64,000 nucleotides of DNA from Octopus bimaculoides (taxonomy: Eukaryota): assembly GCF_001194135.2 (NCBI RefSeq), contig NC_068986.1, forward strand, positions 41,322,661 to 41,386,660. The letters run 5' to 3'. Below are positions 50,436-64,000 of this stretch, in pieces. Positions within the stretch are counted from its first letter, which is position 1. Every line of letters starts with the position of its first letter. A program made the position numbers and the translations under genes. The notes beneath the pieces were generated by a model. That model was given only the letters and a program-made list of their open reading frames with translations, was not told the DNA's origin and did not search any database.

Positions 50436-52107
50436 CGCACACACCTTCACACATACAACACAAATATATATATTTATATATATATATAATATTGTTGTTT
50501 TAATGTCCAGTTTTACATGCTTGCATGGGTCAGATGGGATTTGTTGAGGTAAATTTTTTTTTACAATCAGATGCCCTTCCTGTTGCTAACTCTTGTTTTC
50601 AAACAAGGTAATATTTCCCAATGACTGGACATGTTTCCATGGAAGACTGAAAATGAATGACACCACTTACATGATAGTGACACTTGTTAACAAACTGTCA
50701 CATGTCAAGATGAGGAGGCACAAACATACATATAATATTGCATGAATTTCTTCAGGGAGAAAACTGACTAGAAGTTTAAATAGTTTAGTTTAGTGTTTAC
50801 AACAAGAATCTACAGTAATCATAGAGCAAGATAAATTTATGGTCTATACTGGTTTTATTTCACATACAAAGTACTTAAATTTTTACTAGCCATTTGCTCG
50901 TCAATTCTATAAACTTAATGTATTTTGTTGCTGAAAGCTTGCTGGAGTAAAATGAAAGAATACAAATTTATCTATTTATTTGTGTGTGTATATTTTACTC
51001 GTAAATTATTGTAACATCAGCTCTTGTATTTTCATAAATATTTAGAAACATGAGTAAACCTGAGCCTAATAATACCACACTAAGTTTAATAATTAATGAG
51101 AGCCTAAATATTAATGACTGGTTAGGAATGTTATACAAGTTGAATCCTCTGCTAGGTTTAGAATTTGACAATTTGCCTCCAACTTGACTATTTAAAAGCC
51201 AGTCCAAACTACCTGGTGACATTGACATCATTTTAACAATTACAAGCCATAGTAAACAGAAGATTGCACAAATTACTGAAGTTGTTAACAGTTGGTAGTG
51301 TTGAATCTGGTACTGAAAATAAAATATTTAAATTTGTTCATATTTTCCTTGTCATTCCTTCTAAGAAAATATTAAATTTAACAACTTATTTGTGAGCTTT
51401 TCATTCCTTAACTGAGCTGTAACTGCCATGTTACTTTCTTTAATCTACATAATTTGTTTAATTAAGTTGGAATTGGCACATGATGTAATTTATCTGACTT
51501 ATTATAATTCTTTACACCCACTCCTTTTTAAGAATTTGCCAAATTTTTTTTCTTTCAATTTGCAATGTAAACACAACTCAAATGTATGCATACTGCCTTG
51601 TTTAAAGTTTCTGTCCCCTGCCCCCCCCCCATAAATTCCCTTATGCAACCACACAATTTTGTTTTAAAATAAGTGTTAGTACATACATATACATAGAGCT
51701 TCCTCTTCTCTTTCCCTATTTATAAACACACGCACACACAAGCATACACTTAACATATATAAATACATTCCAAAACTTGAATTTTTTTTCTTTATAATTA
51801 CTCCAAACAACTAGGTCCAAAATAGTAAGGGGAACTGCGCAACATTTAAAATTAAAAGAAAACAAAAAAAAAATTATCAAAAAAGAAGCTTCTGTCTTGT
51901 ACAGTGTGAAACAAAAAGAACTTTTGGTATTGCATATTGCAATTATGTGTGCCACTTGCAAACTTTTTCTTCTTTTATAATTCTGAACTTTTTGTTTTAT
52001 TTATATTATATTGTGTGCCAATTAGTGATCATTTATGCACACAACACACGTAAATGATATCTTGTGAATTCAAATCATTAAATTTTTTTCCTCTCTCTGT
52101 AACTACA

Positions 52108-52138
<31 letters not shown>

Positions 52139-55100
52139 TATTATTTTTATTATAAGTGGAAATTTTGGTCACTAATTTCATGTGACTGTTATATTACCTG
52201 TTCCGTCAACATTTTAGTGGTCAAAACCCCATTTTTTCTTTCTTTTCATTTCTTTCCACTCTACATTTTAAGGATATTTTTTGTCAACAGCTGTCTAAGA
52301 CCATTTATAACTATGAAGGTATTATCATTATTTTTTTATTTTTTTATTTTCTACCCCAAAGATTTGCAGCTCAAGTGACAATCATGTAACTCTCAAATTA
52401 TGAAAGTTGAAATTTAAATCAACAGTACCCTACAGCCCTCATTTGATTTCTCTTTGCCCTGTTCTGCTTCTTCCCCCTCCTTTCTTTCACATCACTCCTC
52501 TTTCTACCCTATGCTATTCTTTGCGTGTTGGACTTTTAAAATAGGAGTGAAATGAAATATTTGGATAAAATATGCATTACCTTTTTCAATGTAAGCAAAT
52601 ATTTAATGGCTACATACACTCCTTCCCTCTTCTCTCTCTCTCTTTCTCTCCTTGTTTTTTTTTTTACATCTTGTTCCATTTTACTATAATGGACAAGGTA
52701 AACCGACTTGAAAGATTCACTAGTCTACAATTGATTAAATCACACAAGCTGCCCATTTTTCTATTAATGTCTAATATAGCAGTTATCAAATGTTGTTTTG
52801 TAAACAGCTTTGATAGTTCCTTGCCTTGCATTTATTGATAGTTTTGTGGGGTGTGGTGCTCTTTTTTCAAACTTCCTTACCTTTCAATGTTTCTCTTATT
52901 CACTCCTTCTCCTCCTCTCAGTTTTTTGTTTTTTAATGTTGCACAATGACAAACTTTGAACTTCAAGGCTATGGGCTTACTCTTCCCCTTTCTGAAAGAA
53001 AAAGAAAAAGTGAATGTATCCCTTTTTTAGATGTGTGCCTCAAATTATATATAACAAAAAAAAAACTACAAAAAAATTTTTATAGTTGTCATTTGTTTAA
53101 ATAACAATTGATTTGAATGCAAAACAAAATTAGAGTTGTACACAGGCTATGTATTTTTTTATTTATTAAAAATTTTTTAGACCTCTTGCTAGCTTTTCAT
53201 CAACAGAATTGTTCTCTGTTACATTAATTGAATGAAGAAAAAAATCGAAACAGAAAGAAAAGAAAGGTTTCTTTTAACTTACAGAAAAAAAAGGCTCTCT
53301 ATTTTAGATGGTAATAAAATGTTGCATTTACACCTTTCTCAGGAAGAGAAATATGAGCATATGTATGGTAAGTATTAGTGCATTGTCAAGAAAGGTTCAT
53401 GGAAGAAGACAAGAAAAACAAGAAAGTTGATTGTGCTAGTATACAGATGAGATTTTTCTGAGTTATTCTGATTAGTTTTGGTTTGTAGCATAAACTGGAA
53501 ATAAGTACTGTTTAGAGAATGATTGTTTTTAAGCTAGTCCAAGAACTTGATACTTCTCAGCAATCATCAGTTGTGTACTATCTTTATACATGCATGAGTG
53601 GTTGGGCACAGCTTAATGCAGACAACAAAAGGAATTCTTTTTAAACATTGTTTGACCAGACAGTCTAAGTAAGTTATAAGCAGTTAGAATCCTAAGATCT
53701 TGCTAAGCATTTGACATATTTTTCAGTTAAGTTTTGCCTTAAATTGAAGATGTATAAAACTATGGTTATTACATCTATCCCAAACCATTGTGAAATCAGC
53801 ATTCTGAAATCCCAGAAGCTATCTTGTGTCTAGGATACAAACTCATTTGCAGTCAGATAAATATATTTACAATACCATATTCCCCAATAAAGTCTTTGAC
53901 AGTGCTTGACCTACAAGCATTGAAAATAAAATTCTCTCAGTGAAATTTCATAGGTGTGGCCATTTTATTTGTATGAAATAAGAATTCAGAATCTTTAGAC
54001 AATTGTTCAATTTTGTGAAATGATTAATAGAAACTATTAAGATACACAAGAAAGGGACAAAAACAACATCAATGCCACCTTCAAGAAAGTAGGCCTTAAA
54101 GTTGGTATTAGACAAACTTTTGGTATGTCCTCTGAAACAGTATCATATCATGAGAACAAAAGGCTAAAGCCATGTCATTTTCAATATTACTGATCTATAC
54201 TTATTCTACCTAGAGACTGTTTATGCTCATTTCAAATTACCTAAACTGAGATTCCCTTAACCAAAGCAGGAAGTGTTCCTACATATGATTATTCATCTCA
54301 GTAAATGGTACACTGGGACTGGCTCCCATTGTTTGGAACTTTAAAATTATATAGAAATAGGTGAAATTTTGATGCTTTCTTCTGGATTGTGACTGGGTCA
54401 AGGAACTACTTTCAGTGGATTTAGTCAATCATATTTACCTCCAGTATTTAGCTATTTGATAAAATAAATACCAGAACGAAATACTTTTGATATGAAAGGA
54501 TGTCAACACATACACACTAATTCTGTTTGCCAAATTATACTTCCAAGGTATTAGCCAGCCTGGACTTACAGTAGAAGACATTTACACTAGGTGCTATACA
54601 GTAGGATGAGATTCAAAACTACATGGTTACAAAGCAGACTTCTTAATATGTGCCTATATGTTTAGGGCCTATTTTTTCCTTAAGTGCATTGCTAAGAAAG
54701 TAAAGCAGTTTTAACCGAGGATTGAAACAGCTGTTGTGGAGATTAATTTTAGTATGTTTGTTGAATTTGCTTATTTACTATATAGCACTGTTCATTTACT
54801 CCTTATACCGATGACTGTAACAGCTCTACCAAAGAGACCAAGTGAGATATACAGTCCAAAAGTAATACTATGGATATGGAGAATGAATTGGTGATGAAAA
54901 AAATGTCAATGAATTAGAGCCAATAGTGAAATGTAAGGGTATGTAGTAGCAGACTTTGGATATCAAAACAATGATAAGCATTTTAATGCAGGAAATAAAA
55001 ACCAGTCAGAGGAATCTAGCTGTGAGCTACATTGGCAAGAATCATTTAATAAAGTTCACATAAATTTCTATGCCATAGAGAGACATGAATATTGACTATT

Positions 55101-55850
55101 GCTGCAGGGGGACCTGAATAGTTGAACAGAGGATTTCTTCAATTGAAGAGAGTTATGTCTTCTATTTAGGAACAATATATTATGTTAAGTATATTATGCA
55201 GAAAATGTGAAATATAGTGTAACCATGTAAGAAAATTTTGAATGCATACCTAGTATGATTATATTGATTGAGCATAAATTGGAAGCAAACTAGAAAAATT
55301 TAATTGTGCCTTAGAGTGATTTAGTTAATGTCTAGTACTTTTAGGGTTTTCCCTTTACTTTCATATTGCTTTGGGCCTTAATATTGATATACTTTATTAT
55401 CTTTCCATTTAATCAATTGTGAAATGATTCAATCTTGGCACTATTAACTACCGAGTAATGTGTTCATTTCCCATTAGATTAGTTCAGTGCTCTATCAATG
55501 AATGAATGAATTATTTTCTCTTATCAGCTGTGATGCTAAATATTTGGTCAGGACATGTTCAATGTCTTACCTCTTGCAATATGAAAGTATATGAATGTAA
55601 ACCTCTTTAGTTGATTCAGACATTGACTCTTTTTTTTCCCCAATCACTAAATCAGTGATGCCAATTGTCATTGGACTTTGAACAATCACATATCTTTTCA
55701 TTATGGTATGCTATTTTAAATTTCAAGAAATTTTTAAAATGAACTGTGTTAGAATAAAAAGAGTGCATTTTTATGAGATTTTTAGTTCTGCTAACGGAGA
55801 GGATTAACCAATTGTCTTACGAAGAATTTCTTACCTGTCTATATTAGAAG

Positions 55851-56117
55851 TGTTGGTACTCCGTCGCTTACGACGTCGAGGGTTCCAGTTGATCTGATCA
55901 ATGGAACAGCCTGCTCGTGAAATTAACGTGCAAGTGGCTGAGCACTCCACAGACATGTGTACCCTTAACGTAGTTCTCGGGGATATTCAGTGTGACAAGG
56001 CTGACCCTTTGAATTACAGGCACAACAGAAACAGGAAGTAAGAGTGAGAGAAAGTTGTGGTGAAAGAGTACAGCAGGGTTCGCCACCATCCCCTGCCGGA
56101 GCCTCGTGGAGCTTTAG
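55851..56117 (-). mobile_element. tRNA-derived SINE (33.4/41.5-kb family), head lost in gap N 56118-56265
   Basis: Near-identical 3' two-thirds: actccgtcgcttacgacgtcgagggttccagttgatc...ggagctttag. Confidence 0.9.
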
Positions 56118-57624
56118 NNNNNNNNNNNNNNNNNNNNNNNNNNNNNNNNNNNNNNNNNNNNNNNNNNNNNNNNNNNNNNNNNNNNNNNNNNNNNNNNNNN
56201 NNNNNNNNNNNNNNNNNNNNNNNNNNNNNNNNNNNNNNNNNNNNNNNNNNNNNNNNNNNNNNNNNTCTTTGTTAAAAATCCCAAACACGCTTAACCAGCC
56301 CAATCCAAATTGACCTATGGAAAACTGTAATATTGCTTCAATTATTACTCTACAAATATACCCCTTCTAATGGCCAATATTTTATAGGGACTGACAACTG
56401 GAAGAGCCAAGGCAATAAGAGCTCTGGCTCACAATATTACTTGGAAAATAGCCCAGAAATTGTTGCTGAATAAAGACATAGGTCTGTTTGAAGACCTTTG
56501 CCATGCTGAAACTGATAAGATCTGAACCTGGGATGCAAAGGACTAATGTTTTTCAGTTGTGTTGTTTGAACATGAAATAATCAACATTTTCTTTTTTTTT
56601 TTTAGCCAATGAATGGCTTAGGCAATGATATATTGTTTTCAAATGTAATCTAAAGTTGCAATGAATACTTAGATTTAATTGCAACAAATACTGGCTACAT
56701 AAAGACTCATCAGCATCTTAGAGTGATAACTGTAATAATATGATGGCTGTAGCATGCTAAAGACTAAAAAAAATTGATCTTATTGGTTTTATAAAAGTAA
56801 CATTAAAGATATTCATTTTACTAAGCATGTAGGTAATATGGCTGATAAAATTAACTACTTTCGCATTCTTTAAAAAATATTGTTAAAAAATGTAAAGCTC
56901 AATGTTGAAAGGAAGAAACTAATCTACAGATAAATATAACCAGTGCCTATGCTGTTTTATTCTGAAGTACAAATTTCTATTGAAGAGAAAGCCTTGTTAT
57001 TATGACAAACAAAAGATTATTTAGATAAGACATTCTAGTTTAACATTTAATTGAACAGATATGGTAAAACTGAACTGTATCAAATAAGTGTATGAAGAAG
57101 TTTTCTGTAGCCAAGATATCAGAATAGTTTGATTACACAAGGATAATATCGACAGCTAAACAAAAGAAACCTTACACAGTATTGGATTAAGAGTATGGCA
57201 TGTAATATGTACAGACTTGAAAATACAAGTTAATTAGCTTTTGGCTTTTCCATCTCTGTCTCAGTGGTTAAGAACAGATAAAGTCATTAAATTACAAGCT
57301 AGATAGTCTGTACATGTAGTCAGATGTTCTCTGCCCACAATGATTATGATAAGATAATACACTTGTTTTTTTGCAATGTAATTTGCAAAGTAAATGTAAA
57401 AGATTGGGAGGTGACTATAAAAACCATTTCAGTTGCCAGGCACCATTAAAATACAATAAATATTTTGGATTTTTTGTAGGCCTTATCACCATAGTTTGAT
57501 TTTTGGGAAGTTAAATTCATACCAAACCAATGGATAAACAATTCAAATGCAAAGTATGTTAAACTGTCTGAATGCTGATAAGTAGCTAAAGAGAAGTTAA
57601 AAATTCTGTTTTAAAAGTTTTCAG

Positions 57625-57778
57625 GTGTGGTAAGTAGCTTGCTTACCAACCACATGGTTCCAGGTTCAGTCCCATTGCGTGGCACCTTGGGCAAGTGTCT
57701 TCTACTATAGCCTCGGGCCGACCAAAGCCTTGTGAGTGGATTTGGTAGATGGAAACTGAAAGAAGCCTGTCGTTTATA

Positions 57779-57839
<61 letters not shown>

Positions 57840-58052
57840 TTGCCCCCCCCCCCAACATCGCTTGACAACCGATGCTGGTGTGTTTACATCCCCGTAACTT
57901 AGCAGTTCAACAAAAGAGACCGATAGAATAAGTACTAGGCTTACAAAGAATAAGTCCTGGGGTCGATGTGCTCGATTAAAGGCGGTGCTCCAGCATGGCC
58001 GCAGTCAAATGACTGAAACAAGTAAAAAGAGTAAAAAAAAAAAAAAAGAGTA
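57625..58052 (+). mobile_element. tRNA-derived SINE with internal (TA)n(TG)n, same family as 21087-21672
   Basis: Head slightly 5'-truncated, otherwise colinear with the 21.1-kb copy; A-rich tail. A tail-only fragment lies at ~61845-61898. Confidence 0.88.
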
Positions 58053-58639
58053 ATATAAATCCATTAGTGTTTTCAATACTTCATGTGTGTATACATACTG
58101 CCAACCTTCTGTACCAGCAAGCAATGTGTAAAATATCTGATGTCAAATTTGTTAGCCCAATTTTTAAAACTAATTTTGCAGGTAAATAAAAGATAATACT
58201 AAATAATTTCAAAAATACTATATAGCTTTTGAATTCTTGCAATATAGCAATTCAGGAATACTATTTTTAAAAAATCAAAAGATGAAACTACAGTTAGATA
58301 GCATTGGATTTATTCAGTGTTGGCTTTTATTTACTCAACTACTGCCCTCTTTTCAGTACTGTGTAGACTGTTGTCCGTTCATACATTGTATAATTATTTC
58401 TATTTTCTTTTTCTTTTTTGTCAATAATCATCACTATTAAGAGTTTATAAGTTTCTGATGCATTTAGAGGATAATTTTCATTTGTTGGTTCTATATGAAT
58501 GTAACATGGCCAAACTTGAGCTATAACTTCATTTCCTATTGAAGAGGAATATTTATAATAACATGGCTGTGGAATAGTGTTATAAATATTCCTGATCAAT
58601 AGGAAATATTCATGTATGGGAAGAACAAATAGTGTATAT

Positions 58640-59300
58640 CTTCAGGTGTTCTTTCTTGGAAAAAACATCCTTCCAAGGAAGATACAATAAGCTTCTTAAA
58701 GTATCAGACGCTATTAGAGAAAGAAGAATTTGCTTTGCTGGGTACTAGAGAACTAAAAAGGTGTTGGTTAGTGACATCTTACTAAGGATACCTTAAAATG
58801 GTTGTAATGGCATTATTTGTCCTGCAAAGACATCAATCAATTTAGGCTTGATGATACTCAATATCATGAGAGAAACTATCAAAATACCTTGAAAAAAAGA
58901 AGTGGGTGGGTATTAGAGCCATGAAAAAATTCAAGCAAGCTTAGCCTACTCATGAGGATGATATCAATAGAAGCTTTTCACACCATGCTTAAAGTTTTGA
59001 TAACTTTTCTCACAAGAATTATGTGTTCTTCAATTTTGCCTATTCATACAAACCAGGAGAAAAAAAGGGAAAATTCTTTCAGAATGGTGAAAGAACCTGC
59101 TAATATACTAAAGGTTACCAGTCTTTCACATCAAGCAATATCTCCTTTACACTTCCAATACGTTGGAACATTCAGAATACATGTACAGAAAAGAACATCA
59201 AACCACACTGTGTAATAGACAATGAATCTGGAATGGTAAGAACTAGAACATTGAAGCAGACAACGATTTTGATGAAATCTACAAATACAGTGAGAAAATG
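58640..59300 (+). mobile_element. Highly decayed RTE-like LINE fragments
   Basis: SWKKHPSKE..KVSDAIRERRICFAGY.RTKKVLVSDILL resembles the RTE ORF C-terminus; the downstream part only weakly resembles an endonuclease. Confidence 0.45.
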
Positions 59301-59749
59301 TGTTAGATTGAGGACTTTAGCCTCAACTATGAATTTTTACTAGAACCTGTCAGCAGAAACTGAATTGGCTTTTGTCATACATTTTAAAATAATGTTAAGC
59401 CCAGAAGTTGAGCTGATTTAAAGGTATCGATTTGTGAGATGAAACACCTATTGACATGTTATTAGAAACACTGATCACATGGTTAAGACATGTAATTAAA
59501 ACCCTTCTCTTTCCAAAGACTGTAAGTCCTTTGTTCATGACGGAATGTGAAGCTATCCACAGAGGCCAGGTAATTAGGGAGTTGAAATGAGTTATGGGCA
59601 GAAGTTGCACACTGAAAACTAGCTTATTTGTATGGAGTATCCTAGATACAGATGGTATTACAACAAATGACCCTACTCTCAATGTCTTCCTTATATTCTA
59701 GTGAAAAACTGCATGCAACTCCTACACAATTTAATCATAGTTTAACTCT

Positions 59750-59970
59750 TGATATTAACTCACTTGGGACTGCCTCTCATTTTCTGGTACCAACTTCCTG
59801 TTTTAAAGTGATCTAAATTAAAAGTTTCCATCAAATTTTAAAGTTAATTTGTGTTTCAAACAATGTTCCAGTGCAATTATGACAGTCATTTTACTAAATT
59901 CTTCATAACTTTCAAAATTAATTGAAACAAAGGTAGTGTATTTCAACAAAATATGGTAACAAAATGTTTA
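59750..59970. mobile_element. Possible TTAA-bounded (piggyBac-like) MITE remnant, related sequence at ~31690-31910
   Basis: Both start ttaac(c/t)c and share aattaaaa.tttcca.c and ttttcaa.attaattgaaa segments; this copy ends atggtaacaaaatgtttaa. Confidence 0.35.
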
Positions 59971-60971
59971 AGGAAGATCTAGAGAGAACCTATCAATGTT
60001 ATTATCAAAGATGTGACAAAGACTCAATGTTAATAAGCTTATAGTCTAATAAGTGCATATTATGTTAATAATGAATACATAATAATTTCTTGCATAAGGC
60101 CATCGATTTTTGTAGGGAAGGCATATGGTTGATTGCATTAACCTCTGTACTTACAATTTCTTAACTGGCTAGCAGTATTTAATTGCAGTCTACAATCCTA
60201 TGCATAATGAGTTCAAATTCCACCAAGATCGACTATACTATTCATGCTTTCAAAGTCAAATAAATAAAGTACCTTTCAATAACTATGACTGATTTAAATT
60301 CCTGCAATGCATCCCTAGATGAGAATGGAAGTATAACAGAAGAGAAGCTGTGAGATCAAAGTTAATCTCACTCAGAACATTGAACATGCATGTTTGGGCA
60401 TCCAGCTTGTTACTTTGTTTCAAGTTTAAGTTTCAAACACACACACACTGACACACATGCACACAGCAACATTTCCAACACAGTTCTCTTGATATCAGTA
60501 CTAACCACATAAAAATTATGTAGGAATGTTTGTTTAGTTGTTTTATTTGGCTGAAACATTTTCCAGTGGCAACAAAAAATATCAGTTTTAAACATTTAAT
60601 ACATAATAAACTAGAAATAAGCAATAAAGCTTATATTGAAAAGAAATATAAGAGTCTATATTCACATGTCAATACAGTCATCCGAATTTCACAACACCAT
60701 AAAATGACAGCATTTCGATAATGGCAATTCAATTAACACTGTTAACGTTTTCGTTACACCTACCAGTTTTCCTATGATATGCTACAGTAAATTAGAGGCC
60801 AATATAATGTTGCAGATATGATATCTTTAATTAATCGAGACCATATATATCACTCAGTATGGGACGAACATCGTAGCAAAACCTTGTTGTTTAACCTCAG
60901 TTCGGCCCAGGTGGAAATATCTAAAGGAAAAACGTTCTAGACATGACCTAGCATGGGTTTTTTTCTTTCTA

Positions 60972-61679
60972 GGGATCTGTTCAGTTTCGCTCACAGATTT
61001 TTCAATTATTATTTTTTAACCAATCAGCTTGAAACTTCGTATACTGGTGTAATTTCTCACGTTGAACACGGTTTACTTTCAATATTATTGACAAAATTTC
61101 ATGCCACCTTTATCCTTTCTTCTTATCTAGTCAGCACCGTGCATTTCTGACTCTCTCCCTCTCTGCTGACAAACAGCCACTTCTACACTATCAACTACCA
61201 AGCAGCGAGAAAATTTGTTGTCACTGCCACTACACTTACTGCTGTATCACTAACTATATGTCGGGCAAACGAATAAATACATGTAAATAATATTTCTTCC
61301 TTCTTGGTGTTGATTCTTCGATGTTTACTGGTTACTCCTACGCAAGAACAAAAAAAAAAAAAAGCGCGTAGTATGCAACACAAGCAGTAAACAAAAATAA
61401 AATTGAACAGAGTGGTGACATTTAGTAGAGATGACCCAGAAGTTGTTGCTCTTCGATTACTATCGCAAACAGTAGTAGCATGAATACACATCGTTGATTG
61501 ATTAAAAGTACCCAAATATGACAACTTTAATACGAAATAACTTCTAAAATACGAAATTTTGTCAAAAATGTTGAAAGTAAACCGTGTTCAGCGTGAGAAA
61601 TTACACCAGTATACGAAGTTTCAAACTTTAGTTTAAAAAAATAATTTTAAAAATCTGTGAGCGAAACTGAACAGATCCC
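60972..61679. mobile_element. Non-autonomous DNA transposon (708 bp) with ~130-bp TIRs and a 6-bp TSD
   Basis: Left arm gggatctgttcagtttcgctcacagattt...gacaaaatttc (60972-~61100) is the reverse complement of ~61555-61679. TTTCTA lies at 60966-60971 and 61680-61685. Confidence 0.9.
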
Positions 61680-62256
61680 TTTCTAGATATAGGATACTAT
61701 CATTCATTGTCACCATTATTTAATGTATTCTTCCTATGAGCCACAGATAGAAGCCTCTTGGTGATTGCTTGACCTGGTGGAAATAGGAGACAAATTTCCC
61801 TTAAATCACATCATACCAATTCATTCGATTAAAAATTATATAAGGTGGTGCCCCAGCATGGCCGCAGTCTATTGATTGAAAAACAAGTGAAAGATAAAAT
61901 ATACTCTTCTAAAATCTGCTTTTTTTATGCTTAACATGTTCAGAAATTAAAATCTTTGTTCTCTAAATAGATTGTTGGGTGATGATCAAAACTTCTGTTA
62001 TCAAACAGTGCCTGAGAACAATGTTCGTCTGACGGTGTGTAGGTAATGGTATAGACTATCTTTGGAAAACGTAGGTACGTAGAATGGTGCACTGAAATGG
62101 CTCAACCGAGATTCCAGTATATTTAATTCCTACTCTGTTCACAAGGAATTATGCATCAGTGGACTCTAACATACTTGATTTAGTGAACCGCAAAAATTTT
62201 ATTAAAATTATACACTTCGGGCTGAGAAAATGTTATCTAATTGACCAATTCCTTGT

Positions 62257-62292
<36 letters not shown>

Positions 62293-63085
62293 CAGCGGAA
62301 ACAGACCTGGGATGGATCTTTTCGGTTTGGTTGCCAGCGGCTCCAAATATTAATGTTTACCGAAAATTTTTGAATTCGACAATAATACACTTGCCTAAAC
62401 TAAATTGCTGGAGCTGTTTCATTTTTTCCAGAAAAATGTTTTTAGATAGTTACAGTGGTTTAAAGTTTGATCATTTTTCATCCAGTCAGGAAATAGGATT
62501 TGGAAGCTGTCATTTTATGCTTGACAGCACATTTTGTCGTCAACATTCTGAAAATAGCATGTGTTGTCAATATTTGTAAATAGTACATGTTGTGTCTCCA
62601 GTAATTTTCTTTCATGTAAATAAATGTTTGTTAATTTAAAAGATTTATCCAAAAAATCTTAACTGTTATTTTTAGCACACTTCACAACCACCTCAATGCT
62701 CAATGAAACAAAGAAACCATAATAGAAACGAAATTACTGGAGTTTGCTGCTATAATCACACAGAACGCAGCGTCAAATTTGTCAACACGTGCTTCCTCGC
62801 AGATAAAAGACCTTTTAAAGACTTACTATGGCAACAGGCAAAAGAATTCTTATGTTCCGCTTCTTACTATTGAAACAGCCATGAATGTTTCTGTGGCTTA
62901 AGATGGCTAAAATTACCAACATTTTCAAACTTTAATTACTGATAACTCTTAAGTTAATGATTTATAGCGAAAATTACTTTCGCATTATTAATTAGCCGAT
63001 AAAAGTATATCATTACACTGAATATGAAATCAATTCGAACAGAAAATTGACACTGGCAAGCAAACAGAAAAGATCCTCTGAGGAT

Positions 63086-63251
63086 CACTAGCGTAGATAG
63101 TGATGGTAGCTTGGTCCACCCCGGGCGGTACTTTTAAAGGGGTACCACTTTTGGGTCTGCTGTAGGCAATATGTGTTTTATGTGGGGCCCGGAGTGGGGG
63201 CGGCAAACGGAAGGACGGTCGCGGGCAGCACACACTCTAGGTACACTAGTG
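63086..63251. mobile_element. GC-rich hAT-like MITE
   Basis: 15-bp TIRs cactagcgtagatag / ctaggtacactagtg (12 of 15 complementary), near-duplicated flanks ctgaggat / cctgagat, GC-rich interior. Confidence 0.5.
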
Positions 63252-63915
63252 CCTGAGATGTAAAATAATTGAAATAATTAAAACTAGAATTCGGTGGAGG
63301 AAGTGAATCTGATTATTTTTATTGAATGGTGTTGATTCAACGACATATTTTTTACATTACTGGATTTTATTAATAGAGTCGTCACTGCTTATCTCAAAAT
63401 GGCTGGAGATATCTCGGTTTCCGTGAATGAGTCCTAATTTAAGCATCCGTTCAACTTAATTTTCCATGGAGCAGATAAACCTGGATATTTTCTCCAGTCA
63501 TACTTTTAAGCAAAAAATGCAACCTCCATCGTTAACTCCAGTGAGTATTCCACTTGTTCAAGCGACAAAACAACTGACTCGTTGAATTTTAGATGTATAC
63601 GGTTGCGTATTCGAAACACTTGGTTCCACCCAAACTTACAGCCGAAGATAATAGCCGAAGGCGTTGCGCAGTGGGTTGGAACACGGACTCTCACTACAAT
63701 ATTGTGAAGTGAACCATCATAGCACCATACCTCCCACATATCTATATACTGAGCATAATCTCCGCCCACTACGTTACTTAGATTTTGGCCAGTTGATACT
63801 GTAACGTACTTGAGTGAAATTCCTCTCCTCTCTATTATATATACATACATACGAACGTAATAGATAACAGCTAGCCTTTGGCTACATTTTGGACCCTGTT
63901 GTGTCCACTACTCTG

Positions 63916-63979
63916 ATTGGTTGGTATTGGCGCAATTTGTCTCTTGCTCTATCGCGCACCAATATGCAATTCAACCAAT
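63916..63979. promoter_or_regulatory. Cluster of four CCAAT boxes (putative NF-Y promoter) at the window edge
   Basis: ATTGG at 63916 and 63926, CCAAT at 63959 and 63975, with ttggcgc (E2F-like) and CpGs between them. Confidence 0.5.
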
Positions 63980-64000
63980 CGCAGCCTTCAAATAACTTTT

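Noticed and set aside
59395-59682. Minus-strand 95-aa ORF faintly like a LINE C-terminus
   Set aside because: No diagnostic motif.
63110-63235. GC-rich patch with a GC box, read as a CpG-island promoter or first exon
   Set aside because: Bounded by 15-bp TIRs and a near-TSD, so better explained as a MITE.
63506-63850. 114-aa minus-strand ORF
   Set aside because: No recognisable domain, no convincing splice sites, non-ATG start.

Overview
AT-rich, microsatellite- and retroposon-dense eukaryotic DNA. The SINE/RTE repeat landscape suggests a coleoid cephalopod such as Octopus (inference). It holds one multi-exon protein-coding gene on the + strand, built by hand from splice sites and reading phase: join(10184..11346, 11527..11569, 37873..38105, 38737..38882, 40146..40297, 43946..45915). 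All junctions are GT-AG and phase-compatible, totalling 3707 nt plus 1 nt from an unidentified upstream exon (about 1235 aa, N-terminus not located). The protein has clustered SUMO-interacting-motif (SIM)-like segments, an acidic disordered region, a lone RNF216/RBR-RING1-like zinc finger, an NLS-like RPRKR, and a PARP11/PARP12/TIPARP-type mono-ADP-ribosyltransferase domain (H-Y-I triad). That catalytic domain is split by an in-frame Q/P/H/S-rich insertion of about 570 aa carrying a three-fold repeated motif. The SIM-RING-split-PARP architecture is the main candidate for something undescribed. The rest is introns and intergenic DNA with a Gypsy remnant, RTE, CR1-like and HERO-like LINE fragments, tRNA-derived SINEs (two with intact TSDs), MITEs, local duplications, four N gaps and a CCAAT-box cluster at the right edge. 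Family names rest on remembered consensus motifs, not database searches.
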